NCBI GenBank assembly: GCA_041649575.1
Contig: JBAZMW010000002.1
Coordinates: 30,001 to 62,000 of the forward strand
DNA length: 32,000 nucleotides
Source of the DNA: Patescibacteria group bacterium
GTDB lineage: Bacteria > Patescibacteriota > Patescibacteriia > 2-01-FULL-39-33
Direction: 5' to 3'
A program made the translations under genes and the position numbers. Each line of letters opens with the position of its first letter. The first letter of the stretch is position 1. The notes below the pieces were generated by a model. That model did no database searches. It was not told the DNA's origin and saw nothing but the letters and a program-made list of their open reading frames with translations. Of the stretch, positions 1 to 10,316 are shown in pieces.

Positions 1-717
1 TTTCAATGGCTGGCTAATTGTCGGGTCAACTATTTTCGAGACGATTATTTAAACGACCAGTTTTTGGAAAAATTGAAGCGATCCGGCTGTTACAAGCTGA
101 TGTTTGGGGCCGAATCTGGCTCACAGCGGGTTCTCGATTGGCTAAAGAAGGACATCACCGTGGCTCAGATAATCGAGTCTGCCCAGCTGTGCCAAAAGCA
201 TGGTCTGCGAGCCAATTATTCGTTTATGTGCGCTCTGCCGACCGAGACCAAAAAAGAGAGACTGGAAACCCTAGAGTTGATTGACAGGTTGATGGCGATA
301 GGCGATTGCATCGAGATTATCTCGCCCCAACCTTATCGGCCTTATCCCGGAGACGAGTTGGCACAGTATTGCCAAAAGTTAGGCTATCAATTTCCGGATA
401 AACTGGAAGATTGGCCCAAGGTGGTGGCCAAGTCTATGGATAGCAGCTCCAGCAACCTGGAAAATTTTCCCTGGATTAAAAATCCCAATGAGATCCGGCT
501 ACAGAGAGTTTGTTCTATTATCGCTACCAGCAAAAAAGGAATGAGGGGCTATATCAAAAGATACCCACTGGTTCTCGCTCCATTTATTGCCCTGTTTTAT
601 TTATTGGAAAAAACCAGATGGAAATTGAAATTTTTTGGCTGGCCTTTAGAGTATTCGATTTTTATTAACTTGTATTGGCAGACGCAAAAATTGAGAAAAA
701 AATTATTTATCAAATAA
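1..717 (+). CDS. B12-binding-type radical SAM protein, C-terminal part (5' truncated by window edge)
   Basis: Frame 1 is open from base 1 (FQWLANCRVNYFRDDYLNDQFLEKLKRSGCYKLMFGAESGSQRVLDWLKKDI...). The motif 'GAESGSQRVLDWLKKDI' matches the other radical SAM ORFs here. The tabulated start at 64 is an internal TTG, not a real start. Confidence 0.85.
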   Translation, partial: FQWLANCRVNYFRDDYLNDQFLEKLKRSGCYKLMFGAESGSQRVLDWLKKDITVAQIIESAQLCQKHGLRANYSFMCALPTETKKERLETLELIDRLMAIGDCIEIISPQPYRPYPGDELAQYCQKLGYQFPDKLEDWPKVVAKSMDSSSSNLENFPWIKNPNEIRLQRVCSIIATSKKGMRGYIKRYPLVLAPFIALFYLLEKTRWKLKFFGWPLEYSIFINLYWQTQKLRKKLFIK

Positions 718-718
718 G

Positions 719-1798
719 ATGAAAATTTGTTATTTTGGCATTTATAATCCCAAGTATAGTCGCAATAGAGTTATTATTAAAGGACTAAAAGAAAATGGCA
801 TAGAAGTCATAGAGTGCAGCAGCAATTTATCCGGGCTTAGAAAATATTTTGATTTAATAAAAAAACACAAAAAAATTAAAAAAGATTACGACTTAATGAT
901 TGTTGGCTTTCCCAGCAATCAGGCGGCGTTTCTGGCCAAATTTCTGACTCGAAAACCGGTGATAGCCGATGCTTTCGTGTCTTTTTATGATTCGATGATC
1001 TTTGATCGAAAAAATCATTCCCCTCGCAGTTTACCGGCGCTCTATTATTGGTTTTTAGATTGGTTGCCGGCACGGTTTTCCGATTTAGTTTTATTAGACA
1101 CCCGAGTCCACATTAATTATTTTGTGCGCACCTTCGGCATAAGAGAGGAGAAGTTTGAACGCGTTTTGGTGGGAACTGATGAGAGTGAGATATATTTTGA
1201 CCCGGCCTTAAAGAAAAAACTTGATTATTTTTTGGTTCATTACCATGCTAGCTTTTTACCGCTCCAGGGAACCGAATATATTATTAAAGCGGCCAAAATT
1301 TTGGAAAAAGAAAATATCAGGTTTAATATTATTGGCAGTGGCCCGGAATATAATAAGATTATCAAGTTGGCTCAAAGCCTGGAGACTAATAACACGGAAT
1401 TCATCAAGCCAGTCCCTTATGAGAAATTAAGGCAATATATTTCGGTGGCCGATATTTGTTTAGGGATTTTTGGCCAAACACCTAAGACCAGCCGGGTTAT
1501 ACCCAACAAAATTTATGAAGCGATTGCTTGTGGCAAAGCAGTGATTACCGCTGATGAGCCGGCTATCCATGAAGTGTTTACCGATGGTAGTAATATTGTT
1601 TTGTGTCACTCGGCTGATCCGAAAGATTTGGCAGAAAAAATTTTGTTTCTAAGAGATCACCAAGCGCTAAGACAGAGGATTGCCGATAGTGCCTATGAAT
1701 TTTTTCTATATAAACTAACACCAAGAGTTATAGTGGAGCAACTGATCAAGAGATTGAAAAAAGAATTCTTAAACGATAAAGCCAGAGAGAATGTATAA
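719..1798 (+). CDS. Glycosyltransferase, GT4-like (GT-B fold)
   Basis: 'YHASFLPLQGTEYIIKAAKILEKENIRFNIIGSGPEYNKI...PKTSRVIPNKIYEAIACGKAVITADEPAIHEVFTDGSN', a typical GT4 C-terminal Rossmann domain. Confidence 0.85.
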   Translation: MKICYFGIYNPKYSRNRVIIKGLKENGIEVIECSSNLSGLRKYFDLIKKHKKIKKDYDLMIVGFPSNQAAFLAKFLTRKPVIADAFVSFYDSMIFDRKNHSPRSLPALYYWFLDWLPARFSDLVLLDTRVHINYFVRTFGIREEKFERVLVGTDESEIYFDPALKKKLDYFLVHYHASFLPLQGTEYIIKAAKILEKENIRFNIIGSGPEYNKIIKLAQSLETNNTEFIKPVPYEKLRQYISVADICLGIFGQTPKTSRVIPNKIYEAIACGKAVITADEPAIHEVFTDGSNIVLCHSADPKDLAEKILFLRDHQALRQRIADSAYEFFLYKLTPRVIVEQLIKRLKKEFLNDKARENV

Positions 1799-3269
1799 AA
1801 TCACAAGTCCCCATGATATTTTACTTATTCTGCCACCGAAGCGGTTTAAGGAACACCGTTATTCTTTGGGTTTGATGTATATCTCTGGTTATTTGCGCGA
1901 TCATGGCTATGATAATACTATAATTGAAAGCAAGATTTTTGGCGGTAAAGATTATCAGTACGACCGAGAGAAAGCTAGAGAAGAAATTATTGAAATAGTA
2001 GTGCGCCTCAAACCAAAAATCATTGGTTTTACTTCCACCACCATTGAGATTAATGAGGTAATTTGGTTAAATCGGGAAATTCGTTCAAAAATCGATAGTC
2101 ATTCTATAATCGGCGGTTCTCACGCGACGGCCATGCCAGAGCAAACACTTCTCTCTGGCTTTGAGGCGGTGGTGTTGGGCGAGGGAGAAGAGACAACGCT
2201 GGAGTTGGTTAGAGAGCTGGAAAAAGATAAGCCTAATTTGTCATCGGTTGGCGGTATTGCTTGGCTGGACAGGGGCTCTAATCGAGTTGTCATAAACAAA
2301 TCGCGAGAACAAATCGATATTTCTCAATTGTCGTTGCCAGCTTATGACAAGATAAATATGGATTATCATACGCGCCTGGGAGACGATATAATCCGTGGCT
2401 TTCCGATTAGAGCGGCTATGGTGATGGCTTCTCGCGGCTGTCCTTATAGTTGCACTTTTTGTGGTTGTAATCGGATTTTCGGCCACCAGATTCGTTACCG
2501 CAGTTTGGACAACATCAAGGAGGAAATAAAGCTTTTAAGAGACAAATATGGTGTCGAGGGAATTTGGTTTGCGGATGACACTCTGACTGTAAGTTATGAC
2601 CATGTCCAAAAAGTTTGTGACATTATGAAAGAACTAGGAATGTATTGGGGTGCGCAGTCGAGAGTGGATTTAACCAATGAAAAAATGGTAAAATTAATGA
2701 GTTCCAGTGGCTGTCTCCAGCTCGATTTCGGCGTCGAATCAGGGAATCAAAGGGTGTTGGATAAAATTATAAATAAAAGAATAAAATTAGCTGAAGTAGA
2801 AAAAGCTTTTATTTTATGCCGGAAATATCACCTCAGGACGCAAGCCAGTTTTATGATCGGCTTTCCCACAGAAACCAAAGAGGAGATGGAAGACACTTTT
2901 AGGTTTGCCCAAAAAATTAAACCAGATTATTATTCTTTTAATATTTTAATGCCCCTGCCAGGGACAGAGATCTATGAAAAATATTTCAAGGGCGAGATAA
3001 CTCTAGCAGATTATGAGGACGTTAACTTTCATAAAACGAAAGACAAGTTTAATAAGTCTCAAGTAAAAGATTTAAATCGACTGCACGCCCAGTGGCGCAG
3101 CAAGCTTTTTGAGGGTGTTAAAATTCGAAGCTTAATTCATCCTCTCAAGGTCTTGGTCTTGTTTTTAAGACTTGGCCACAAGAGAGAGAGGGTGAAGTTT
3201 ATCGGTTTTAAAATAAAAAGAGCTACAAAATATTTTCTCAATAAACTCGGTTTTAAGTTTGTTTTATGA
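1791..3269 (+). CDS. B12-binding domain-containing radical SAM protein
   Basis: N-terminal Rossmann/B12-type region (ILLILPPKR..IIGFTSTT..IIGGSHATAMP..VVLGEGEE), radical SAM motif 'SRGCPYSCTFCGCN', then 'WFADDTLTV' and 'DFGVESGNQRVLDKI'. Overlaps the upstream gene by 8 nt. Confidence 0.92.
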   Translation: MYKITSPHDILLILPPKRFKEHRYSLGLMYISGYLRDHGYDNTIIESKIFGGKDYQYDREKAREEIIEIVVRLKPKIIGFTSTTIEINEVIWLNREIRSKIDSHSIIGGSHATAMPEQTLLSGFEAVVLGEGEETTLELVRELEKDKPNLSSVGGIAWLDRGSNRVVINKSREQIDISQLSLPAYDKINMDYHTRLGDDIIRGFPIRAAMVMASRGCPYSCTFCGCNRIFGHQIRYRSLDNIKEEIKLLRDKYGVEGIWFADDTLTVSYDHVQKVCDIMKELGMYWGAQSRVDLTNEKMVKLMSSSGCLQLDFGVESGNQRVLDKIINKRIKLAEVEKAFILCRKYHLRTQASFMIGFPTETKEEMEDTFRFAQKIKPDYYSFNILMPLPGTEIYEKYFKGEITLADYEDVNFHKTKDKFNKSQVKDLNRLHAQWRSKLFEGVKIRSLIHPLKVLVLFLRLGHKRERVKFIGFKIKRATKYFLNKLGFKFVL

Positions 3270-4417
3270 AAATGATTTATATTGCCAACGCTAGAATTCC
3301 CACAGAGAAAGCCCATGGTTATCAAATAATGAAAATGTGCGAATCTTTTGCCGATCTGGGAGTTAAGGTTGATTTGATTCTGCCATATCGGAGCAATAAA
3401 CAGTTTCGGGGAGTAGCGTCATTCAAACATTATCTAGTAAAAAATAATTTTACGATTAAAAAAATTTATTGTCCCGACCCAGTTTTTTTAATGAATAAGT
3501 CGGGCTGGTATATAAAAATTCAATCATTATTTTTTTCTTTAGGGCTATTGATTTATTTGGTTTTTAAATCAAGAAAAGATGAAATTATTTATACTAGAGA
3601 CGAATATTTTTTGTCTTGGTTAACGTGGTTTCCTAATAAAGTGATTTGGGAGGCGCATGACTTGTTAAGATCACGGCAGACGAAGCAGTGGCTTAAATGT
3701 TTTAGAATCATGACCATCACCCAGGGTTTAAAGGATGAGATGACGAGACTGGGCGTACCAGAAGAAAAGATTTTGGTGGCGCCGGACGGTGTCGATTTGA
3801 AGCTATTTGCAGGAATTTCTAATTCAAAAAAAGATTTAAGAGAGGAATTAGCTCTGCCGCTAGAAGAAAAAATTATCCTTTATGCTGGTCATCTTTATGA
3901 TTGGAAAGGGGCAGATACTTTGGCTCAAGCCGCCACTTTTTTAAAAAATGAAAACGTTAAATTTGTCTTCGTTGGTGGAATAGGCAAAGACTTAGAAGCT
4001 TTTACCAAGAGTTATGGTGGAGAAAAAAATATTCTAATTGTCGGTCAGGTGAATCGATCTGTGGTGCCAAAATATTTAAAGGCGGCGGATGTTCTGATTT
4101 TGCCCAATTCCGCCAAGCGGGAAATCTCCAGTCACTACTCCTCACCTCTGAAGCTTTTTGAATATATGGCCAGTGGTCGGCCGATAATTGCTTCCCGTCT
4201 CGATTCTTTACAGGAGGTTTTAACCGACGAAGAATGTATTTTTTTCTCTCCCGATGATGCTATTGATTTGGCGCAAAAGATTAGCCACCTATTATCAAAT
4301 AAAGAGTTGGCCGAGAAAGTGGCCGCCAAAGCCGGAGAGAAAGTAAAAGATTATACCTGGGAAAATCGCGCTAAAAATATTATTAAATTTATAAAATATG
4401 CTGGATCAGTATCTTAA
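3266..4417 (+). CDS. Glycosyltransferase family 4
   Basis: 'IILYAGHLYDWKGADTLAQAATFLKNENVKFVFVGG...SSPLKLFEYMASGRPIIASRLDSLQEVL'. ATGA overlap with the upstream gene. Confidence 0.93.
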   Translation: MKMIYIANARIPTEKAHGYQIMKMCESFADLGVKVDLILPYRSNKQFRGVASFKHYLVKNNFTIKKIYCPDPVFLMNKSGWYIKIQSLFFSLGLLIYLVFKSRKDEIIYTRDEYFLSWLTWFPNKVIWEAHDLLRSRQTKQWLKCFRIMTITQGLKDEMTRLGVPEEKILVAPDGVDLKLFAGISNSKKDLREELALPLEEKIILYAGHLYDWKGADTLAQAATFLKNENVKFVFVGGIGKDLEAFTKSYGGEKNILIVGQVNRSVVPKYLKAADVLILPNSAKREISSHYSSPLKLFEYMASGRPIIASRLDSLQEVLTDEECIFFSPDDAIDLAQKISHLLSNKELAEKVAAKAGEKVKDYTWENRAKNIIKFIKYAGSVS

Positions 4418-5078
4418 TAAAAACACCGATCTCGATTCCAGCCAAAAGGCCTGGGAGCGTTCGTGGTGCAAGCAGTCTTTTGGTTTTGCTAGAGTCATCG
4501 ACGTTGGTCGAAGAATCTATAATTATTTTTTACTGCGATTTTTAAAGAATCACATTAATGGCCAGGCCGAATTTTTGGAACTGGGTTGCGGCACAGCCAC
4601 CCTGGGCCTGAAACTGGCCCATTATGTCAAAGCATATACTGGTTTTGATATCGCGCTCAATGCATTACAGGAAGCAGAAAAGAATTTTAGAAATAGCGGG
4701 CTGAGTAATTTTAGTTTTGCGATTAAAGATATCACTAATTTTGATTGCGAACAGAGGTTTGATGTGGTTTGGTCCCAGGGACTAATTGAGCATTTTCCCG
4801 AGCCGGCCAAATTAATTGACGCTCATCTGCAGGCTTGTAAAAGAGGCGGTAAAGTTATTATTTCCGTCCCGGCTAGGAATTCCTATCATTATATTTGGTA
4901 TCTACTCACCCGGCCGAAATGGCTAAGACGTTTTTGGCCCTGGCCGGATGAAATTTTTATATCTGACAAAATGTTTAAAGAATATCTTAAATTGTTGGTA
5001 AATGATTATCAAAAATATACCCTAACTTCCTTAAGGCCTCGGTTCCTGGGGTTGTCAATCTTGATTATTGAAAAGTAA
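4398..5078 (+). CDS. Class I SAM-dependent methyltransferase
   Basis: 'FLELGCGTATLGLKLAHYV..YTGFDIA...FDVVWSQGLIEHFPEP...KRGGKVIISVPA', SAM-binding motif I and post motifs. Confidence 0.92.
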   Translation: MLDQYLNKNTDLDSSQKAWERSWCKQSFGFARVIDVGRRIYNYFLLRFLKNHINGQAEFLELGCGTATLGLKLAHYVKAYTGFDIALNALQEAEKNFRNSGLSNFSFAIKDITNFDCEQRFDVVWSQGLIEHFPEPAKLIDAHLQACKRGGKVIISVPARNSYHYIWYLLTRPKWLRRFWPWPDEIFISDKMFKEYLKLLVNDYQKYTLTSLRPRFLGLSILIIEK

Positions 5079-5084
5079 TTTTTT

Positions 5085-6824
5085 ATGATGATCAAAAAAC
5101 ATTACTGGGCTTTTATTCTGGCAATTATAGTTGGTGTTTTATATCTGGCACCACAACTTTTTTTTATATTTTCTTTGGGTGATAAGTTTCAAGGAGTTTA
5201 CCGTACGCTTAATGATGACGAGCTTTATTATATGTCGCGGGCGCAGGAAGTGGTTGATGGGCATTATCTTATTAGTAATCCTTATTTTGCCGAATATAAA
5301 AATAGTTTGCCAATGCAGGTTTTTTTGCCGGATTTGATTATCGCCTTGCCGGCTAAATTGCTGGGAATTAGCGTTGGTCAGCTGTATACTTTTTACGATT
5401 TTTTATTCCCGGCCGTTTTGTTTACCCTGACTTACTTTATCTTTTATCTTTTGACAAAAAATAGATTGTGGTCCTTAGTTTTTGGCTCTTTTCTGCTTCT
5501 GATAAAATATTTTTACGTTTTTAATCGTCCGATGAATCCCCAGTTTGTTTTTATTTTTGTTCTCAGCTTAATTTTATTATGGTTGATAATCTTATCTCGG
5601 TCCCGAGATCAGAATAAAAAAAATAACTGGCTGGTTGTTTTGGCTGGAATAAATCTGGGCCTGCTGTTTAACTTCTACACCTACTTTTGGACGTATTTTG
5701 TCACTATTATTTTTATTTTATTGATTTATTTTTTATACAAAAAAGATTTTTATTTTTTGAAAAAATTTTTTGGCATTGGTCTGATCGGCTTAGTTGTTGG
5801 CATTCCGTATTTTTATCAGGCCTGGCAATCAAGCAGGTTAATTTTTTTCCAGGAGACGATTCAGCGAATAGGACTTATAAACACGCGGCTTCCCTCGGGA
5901 ATCGTGATTAGTTTTTTGGCGCTGCTGATCATGGTTTTATTTATTATCTTTTGGCGTTTTGCTTCTAAAAGAGGAGCTAAAATAGCCAACACGGAAGTTT
6001 TTCTTTTTTTGGGCACACTGGCCGCTTTGGTTAATATGAATCAGCACCTGATCACTGGAAAAAATATATTTTTTTCTAGTCATTATGACTTAATCTCTTT
6101 CTTCTTTATTGGTTTTTCTTTTGTCTATCTTCTGTGGCGAAGCAGGATAGTTGTTTTTTTGGCCAGCTTGAAAGCCCTGTCAATAGTGGCCCTATTGACA
6201 ATAGTTGTTATTTTTTCATCAGTTTTTTCTAATTCGTTAAAATTTGATTATTCTGCCGAATTAAATAACCAAAGATATGCTTCGATTTTTGATTGGCTCA
6301 ATGACAATACAACGAAGGACTCGGTAGTCATGACGGATTCAGTGCTAAGCGAATATTTGCCGGCTTATACCCACAATAATGTATTCTTTAACTTTGGTGG
6401 CGTGCTATTTTTTGTAAGTAATCAGGAAATTTTGAATCGATTTGTTTTAAATAATTTTTGGCGTCAGAATTTTAATGAAGAATTTGTCAAGGAAAATTTC
6501 AAATCGGTTTACGGCTATCAATACGATGCTCAGGGCGGTCGGGCCAAACAAGTGAATAACTTCAAAAAAATATTTAATCTCCAAGGTGACGAGCTGGAAA
6601 AGATTTATTTTCCGCCAGATAAAATCAAGGCGGTTATTGACTATTATCACCAAACCAAAGAAGAGGATTGGGCCATAGCTTTCAAAAAATATCAGATTGA
6701 TTATTTAGCGGTCGATGAAACGATCACCAATAATTGGCAAGTGGATTTAAAAAAGTTTAGCTTTTTGCGGCCAATCTATGAAATGAATAAAATAAAGTTA
6801 TATCAGGTAGATTTTACAAAATGA
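5085..6824 (+). CDS. Polytopic membrane glycosyltransferase, GT39/ArnT-like (GT-C)
   Basis: N-terminal 'RTLNDDELYYMSRAQEVVDGHYLISNPYFAEYKNSLP' acidic first-loop motif, many hydrophobic helices, and a C-terminal soluble domain (IFDWLNDNTTKDSVVMTDSVL). Confidence 0.7.
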   Translation: MMIKKHYWAFILAIIVGVLYLAPQLFFIFSLGDKFQGVYRTLNDDELYYMSRAQEVVDGHYLISNPYFAEYKNSLPMQVFLPDLIIALPAKLLGISVGQLYTFYDFLFPAVLFTLTYFIFYLLTKNRLWSLVFGSFLLLIKYFYVFNRPMNPQFVFIFVLSLILLWLIILSRSRDQNKKNNWLVVLAGINLGLLFNFYTYFWTYFVTIIFILLIYFLYKKDFYFLKKFFGIGLIGLVVGIPYFYQAWQSSRLIFFQETIQRIGLINTRLPSGIVISFLALLIMVLFIIFWRFASKRGAKIANTEVFLFLGTLAALVNMNQHLITGKNIFFSSHYDLISFFFIGFSFVYLLWRSRIVVFLASLKALSIVALLTIVVIFSSVFSNSLKFDYSAELNNQRYASIFDWLNDNTTKDSVVMTDSVLSEYLPAYTHNNVFFNFGGVLFFVSNQEILNRFVLNNFWRQNFNEEFVKENFKSVYGYQYDAQGGRAKQVNNFKKIFNLQGDELEKIYFPPDKIKAVIDYYHQTKEEDWAIAFKKYQIDYLAVDETITNNWQVDLKKFSFLRPIYEMNKIKLYQVDFTK

Positions 6825-6884
6825 GGTTTTTGTGTTAAAGTAGCCTAATAAATTAGAAGGAAAAAGCCATAAAAATAAGCGATT

Positions 6885-8657
6885 ATGATTAGATTTATAA
6901 AAAATTATTACCCATTAATATTAATTATTATTTTGGGCGTATTACTACGTTTTTGGGGAGTTTTTCATGATTGGCCATTAAGTTCGGCTGCGTCAGGAAG
7001 AGACGAAATTAATATCTTAACTGGCAGCTTAAAGATGTTGAGCAATTTTAGCCTGGTGCCGCGGGCAGCCGATTCTGGCGGCGGCACTTATTTCCCCTTA
7101 ATGTATTATTTTTATTTGCCGTTTTTAATGGTTTATGCGGGGATTTTATTCATCTTGGGCCAAGTTCACACTTTGGCTGATATCAAGAACTCGGTTGCGC
7201 TGAATCTGGGCGATTGGCTGCTTGTCGGCCGTTTCATCTCGATTATTTTGGGCTCTTTTTCTATCTATCTAATCTATCTAATTGGTCAGAGGCTGTTTGA
7301 CAAAAAATCAGTCGCCTACTTGGCCGCTCTGTTTTTTGCCTTGAGCCCTTTTAATGTGGCTCTAAGCCATTTCGGAAAAATTTGGACGCCTCAAGTTTTT
7401 TTTATATTATTGGCGTTTTACTTTTTTCTTCGTTTTTGGCAGGATCCAAATGGTCGGCTCTCAATTAAAATTGTTTTTTTTACGGCTTTGTTTGTCTTGC
7501 TTTCTTTTGCGGTTAATCTTGTTGGCGCCATAGCTTACCCCCTGCTTTTGCTAATAATTTTCATTTATTACTGCGATTTTAAATGGCGTAAGTTTTTTGC
7601 ATTTTTAACCAGTCGCTGGTCGATTCTGTTACATTTATTTTTGGTTATTGGGGTTTTGGTTGTATTTTTAATAACACCCGATTGGTTTAAATCCTACGAC
7701 ATAATTAGGCGGATATTTTTTACAATCGATACCGGTATTCCTTTTTATGCTCAGGATTCGTTTTGGGATTTGCCTTGGTGGGGCAAAACCGGATTGGTGT
7801 TGAATATATTGCTTCAGTTTGAAACGGTCGCCTTTCTCTTCCTGGCGCCGGCCTTTTGGTTTTTATATAAACAAGGCAAAAAAAATTTTTATTTTTTGCT
7901 CTTTTCTTTGTTGGGATTTTTTATCGTTTTAAGTCCGCCACTGATGAATACCACTCGACCACGTTATCTGTCTTTATTAACCCCTTTTTTAATTTTTCCC
8001 GCCGCTTACCTGTCGAACAAGCTGGTGACTTGTTTCAGACAGAAGAGGGCATCCCTGGTTTTTATCTTTGTGTTTATAGCTATTATTATTGCTCCCGCTC
8101 TATTTATTGATCTAAAATATGATTATCTTTTACAAAAGAATAGTACAAAACTGGAGCTGTATTCCTGGTTGAAAAACAATCTCCAGCCTGGCGAAAAAGC
8201 CCTTTTAGTGGAATACTATTTTTTGCAAGACTTACCGCCAGATAAAGAGCTGATCTCTCTGATCAAAGAATATTCCCCGTCATATTATTCTACGCGTTTG
8301 AAATATATAGACAGTGGGTTGGCAGGAGATCTTCGTGGTTATGGCCTCTACTCCAATGGATTTATTTGCCAGTGGCCCAAAGAAGTGGTGGAAAAGATAA
8401 AATTTGATTATATTATTATCGCCGAGACTAAAACCCCTCCATCTTTTGACTTGGCCAATTATCATGATTTCAGGCTCCTGGATGTTTGTGACAGTATCCC
8501 TAAATATCGTTTGACGACAGAGCAGTTGGTTTTTAGTGAGGATAATAGCCCTTATTTCAACTATAGTATCGATAGCGGCACTCCTTTGGAATCATATTAC
8601 CCACTATGGCAAATCAAAAAAATCGGCAAGCCGGTAAATATTTATAAGATAAAATAA
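6885..8657 (+). CDS. Polytopic membrane glycosyltransferase, GT39/PMT-like (GT-C)
   Basis: Many TM helices. 'HDWPLSSAASGRDEINILTGSLKM' first-loop acidic motif, 'YLIGQRLFDKKSVAYLAALFFALSPFNVALSHFGKIWTPQVFFILLAFYFFLRF' typical of PMT_2/GT39, and a C-terminal ectodomain. Confidence 0.78.
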   Translation: MIRFIKNYYPLILIIILGVLLRFWGVFHDWPLSSAASGRDEINILTGSLKMLSNFSLVPRAADSGGGTYFPLMYYFYLPFLMVYAGILFILGQVHTLADIKNSVALNLGDWLLVGRFISIILGSFSIYLIYLIGQRLFDKKSVAYLAALFFALSPFNVALSHFGKIWTPQVFFILLAFYFFLRFWQDPNGRLSIKIVFFTALFVLLSFAVNLVGAIAYPLLLLIIFIYYCDFKWRKFFAFLTSRWSILLHLFLVIGVLVVFLITPDWFKSYDIIRRIFFTIDTGIPFYAQDSFWDLPWWGKTGLVLNILLQFETVAFLFLAPAFWFLYKQGKKNFYFLLFSLLGFFIVLSPPLMNTTRPRYLSLLTPFLIFPAAYLSNKLVTCFRQKRASLVFIFVFIAIIIAPALFIDLKYDYLLQKNSTKLELYSWLKNNLQPGEKALLVEYYFLQDLPPDKELISLIKEYSPSYYSTRLKYIDSGLAGDLRGYGLYSNGFICQWPKEVVEKIKFDYIIIAETKTPPSFDLANYHDFRLLDVCDSIPKYRLTTEQLVFSEDNSPYFNYSIDSGTPLESYYPLWQIKKIGKPVNIYKIK

Positions 8658-8663
8658 ACTTTT

Positions 8664-9536
8664 ATGGAAAGTTATCAAAAAAAGTCATTATCCGTCGTAG
8701 TCCCCGTTTATAATGAGGAGAAGACAGTCGGTCAGGTTATGGCCAGTCTAAAGAGCGAATTATCAAAATTAGACGTCCAGTACGAAATTATTGCGGTTAA
8801 TGACTGTTCACAAGATCAAAGTCTGGTTGTTTTGGAAAAGATAGATGGAATTAAGGCAATAAGCCATCCTCACAATAAAGGCTATGGCGCCTCTTTAAAA
8901 ACTGGCATCAAGGCCAGTCAATATGAATGGATCTTAATTATCGATGCCGACGGCACTTATCCCATCGATTCCATTGCAAAGTTGCTGGAAAAAATCCCTC
9001 AGTACGACCTGGTGGTGGGAGCGCGTGATAATAAAAGCAGCGCCATTCCTTCAAGTCGCAGGCACGCCAAGGGATTTTTAAATAAATTCGCCGGCTATTT
9101 AGCTGGCCGCGAGATACCAGACTTAAACTCTGGGTTAAGAATTTTTAAAAAAGATATCATTTTGAAATATTGGGAATTATTTCCTAATAAATTTTCTTTT
9201 ACCTCTACTTTAACCATGACTTGTTTAACCCATCAGTATGAAACAATTTTTCTGCCAATCGATTATTATAAAAGACAGGGCAAGTCGTCGTTAAAACCAT
9301 TTGAATTTTTTGTTTTTTTGAAATTAATTATTAAACTGTCTTTATTTTTTAAGCCACTTAAGGTTTTTATTCCGATTAGCTTATTTTTACTGTTTATAGC
9401 AATACTACTAACAATTCTGTTTCTCGTGGGCGTTCTCGGCGCTTTTATGAACACAACAATCATGGTTTTATGCGCGACCGCGTTACAAACTTTTTTCTTC
9501 GGTTTGTTGGCGGAAATAGTCATTCATAATAAATAG
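8664..9536 (+). CDS. Glycosyltransferase family 2 (DPM1-like) with C-terminal TM helices
   Basis: 'LSVVVPVYNEEKTVGQVMASL...AVNDCSQDQS...HNKGYGASLKTGI...ILIIDADGTYP...DLNSGLRIFKK', followed by two hydrophobic C-terminal segments. Confidence 0.93.
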   Translation: MESYQKKSLSVVVPVYNEEKTVGQVMASLKSELSKLDVQYEIIAVNDCSQDQSLVVLEKIDGIKAISHPHNKGYGASLKTGIKASQYEWILIIDADGTYPIDSIAKLLEKIPQYDLVVGARDNKSSAIPSSRRHAKGFLNKFAGYLAGREIPDLNSGLRIFKKDIILKYWELFPNKFSFTSTLTMTCLTHQYETIFLPIDYYKRQGKSSLKPFEFFVFLKLIIKLSLFFKPLKVFIPISLFLLFIAILLTILFLVGVLGAFMNTTIMVLCATALQTFFFGLLAEIVIHNK

Positions 9537-9541
9537 TAATA

Positions 9542-10306
9542 ATGGATAATTTTTTTAAACGTTTGGTAAAAGAACTCAAATATATCGCAGGTTTGGGTTG
9601 GACGTTTAAAGCCGTGGGCGAACACTGGGACAAAACAACAGATTATGACGATATAAACGAAAGGACCTATTCTTACTTCCGACGCTTTGTCGATGCTGCC
9701 AAGCTATTTGATTTACCTGATCAAAAATACACCCTGGATATTTGTTCCCGGACGGGCAATGGCAGTTTGTACTTTTGGCAGAAAGGAAAGATTTCTCGGG
9801 TGGTCTGTGCCGATGTCACCCAAAAGATGCAGTTGATTTGCGCGGCTAATCTAAAAAAATATCCGATTAATTTTGAGCTCGAGTATTTTGACAAGTACCC
9901 CTTGCCTTTTGGGGATAATGAATTTGAGACTATTTTAAGTTTTGAAACCATAGAGCATGTTCCTCAGCCGCAAGTTTTTATCAAAGAATTGTCTCGGATT
10001 TTGAAACCAGCCGGCTTAATGGTTTTGACAACCCCAAACGTTTTATGGGAGCCGGTTCATTGGTTGGCCGCTATTTTTAACATTCATCATAGCGAGGGAC
10101 CGCATCGTTTTCTCCGGCATCATAAAATTAAAAAACTGCTCAAGCAAAATAACCTGGAAATAATAAGAGAGGGGACTTTTGTTTTAATCCCCGGTGGGCC
10201 CAAGCCTTTAATAGCATTTGGAGAAAAACTGGAAGAGACTTTGCCCCAGTTTATTTTAAGATGGCTGGCTTTGAGAAGAATTTATATTTGTCAAAAAAAT
10301 AAATAA
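9542..10306 (+). CDS. Class I SAM-dependent methyltransferase (Methyltransf_11-like)
   Basis: 'YTLDICSRTGNGSLYF...PLPFGDNEFETILSFETIEHVPQPQVFIKELSRILKPAGLMVLTTPN'. Confidence 0.88.
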   Translation: MDNFFKRLVKELKYIAGLGWTFKAVGEHWDKTTDYDDINERTYSYFRRFVDAAKLFDLPDQKYTLDICSRTGNGSLYFWQKGKISRVVCADVTQKMQLICAANLKKYPINFELEYFDKYPLPFGDNEFETILSFETIEHVPQPQVFIKELSRILKPAGLMVLTTPNVLWEPVHWLAAIFNIHHSEGPHRFLRHHKIKKLLKQNNLEIIREGTFVLIPGGPKPLIAFGEKLEETLPQFILRWLALRRIYICQKNK

Positions 10307-10316
10307 TAAAAATAAA

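Noticed and set aside
18-284. Track ORF of 88 aa on + strand
   Set aside because: Overlaps the real radical SAM frame (frame 1, open from base 1). The protein is low-complexity/basic with no recognisable motifs.
876-1073. 65-aa antisense ORF inside GT4 gene
   Set aside because: Fully inside a well-supported CDS on the opposite strand with no family signature. The same applies to 2241..2486, 3137..3325, 4135..4329, 4622..4810, 6447..6653, 8280..8465, 9266..9523, 9721..9951, 13439..13672, 13812..14102, 14709..15035, 17182..17475, 17612..17806, 18028..18216 and 21224..21406.
1221-1430. Small same-strand out-of-frame ORFs inside larger genes
   Set aside because: Alternative-frame shadows of real CDSs: 1221..1430, 5131..5337, 5687..5911, 13939..14217, 20197..20382 and 23035..23217. 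No independent support.
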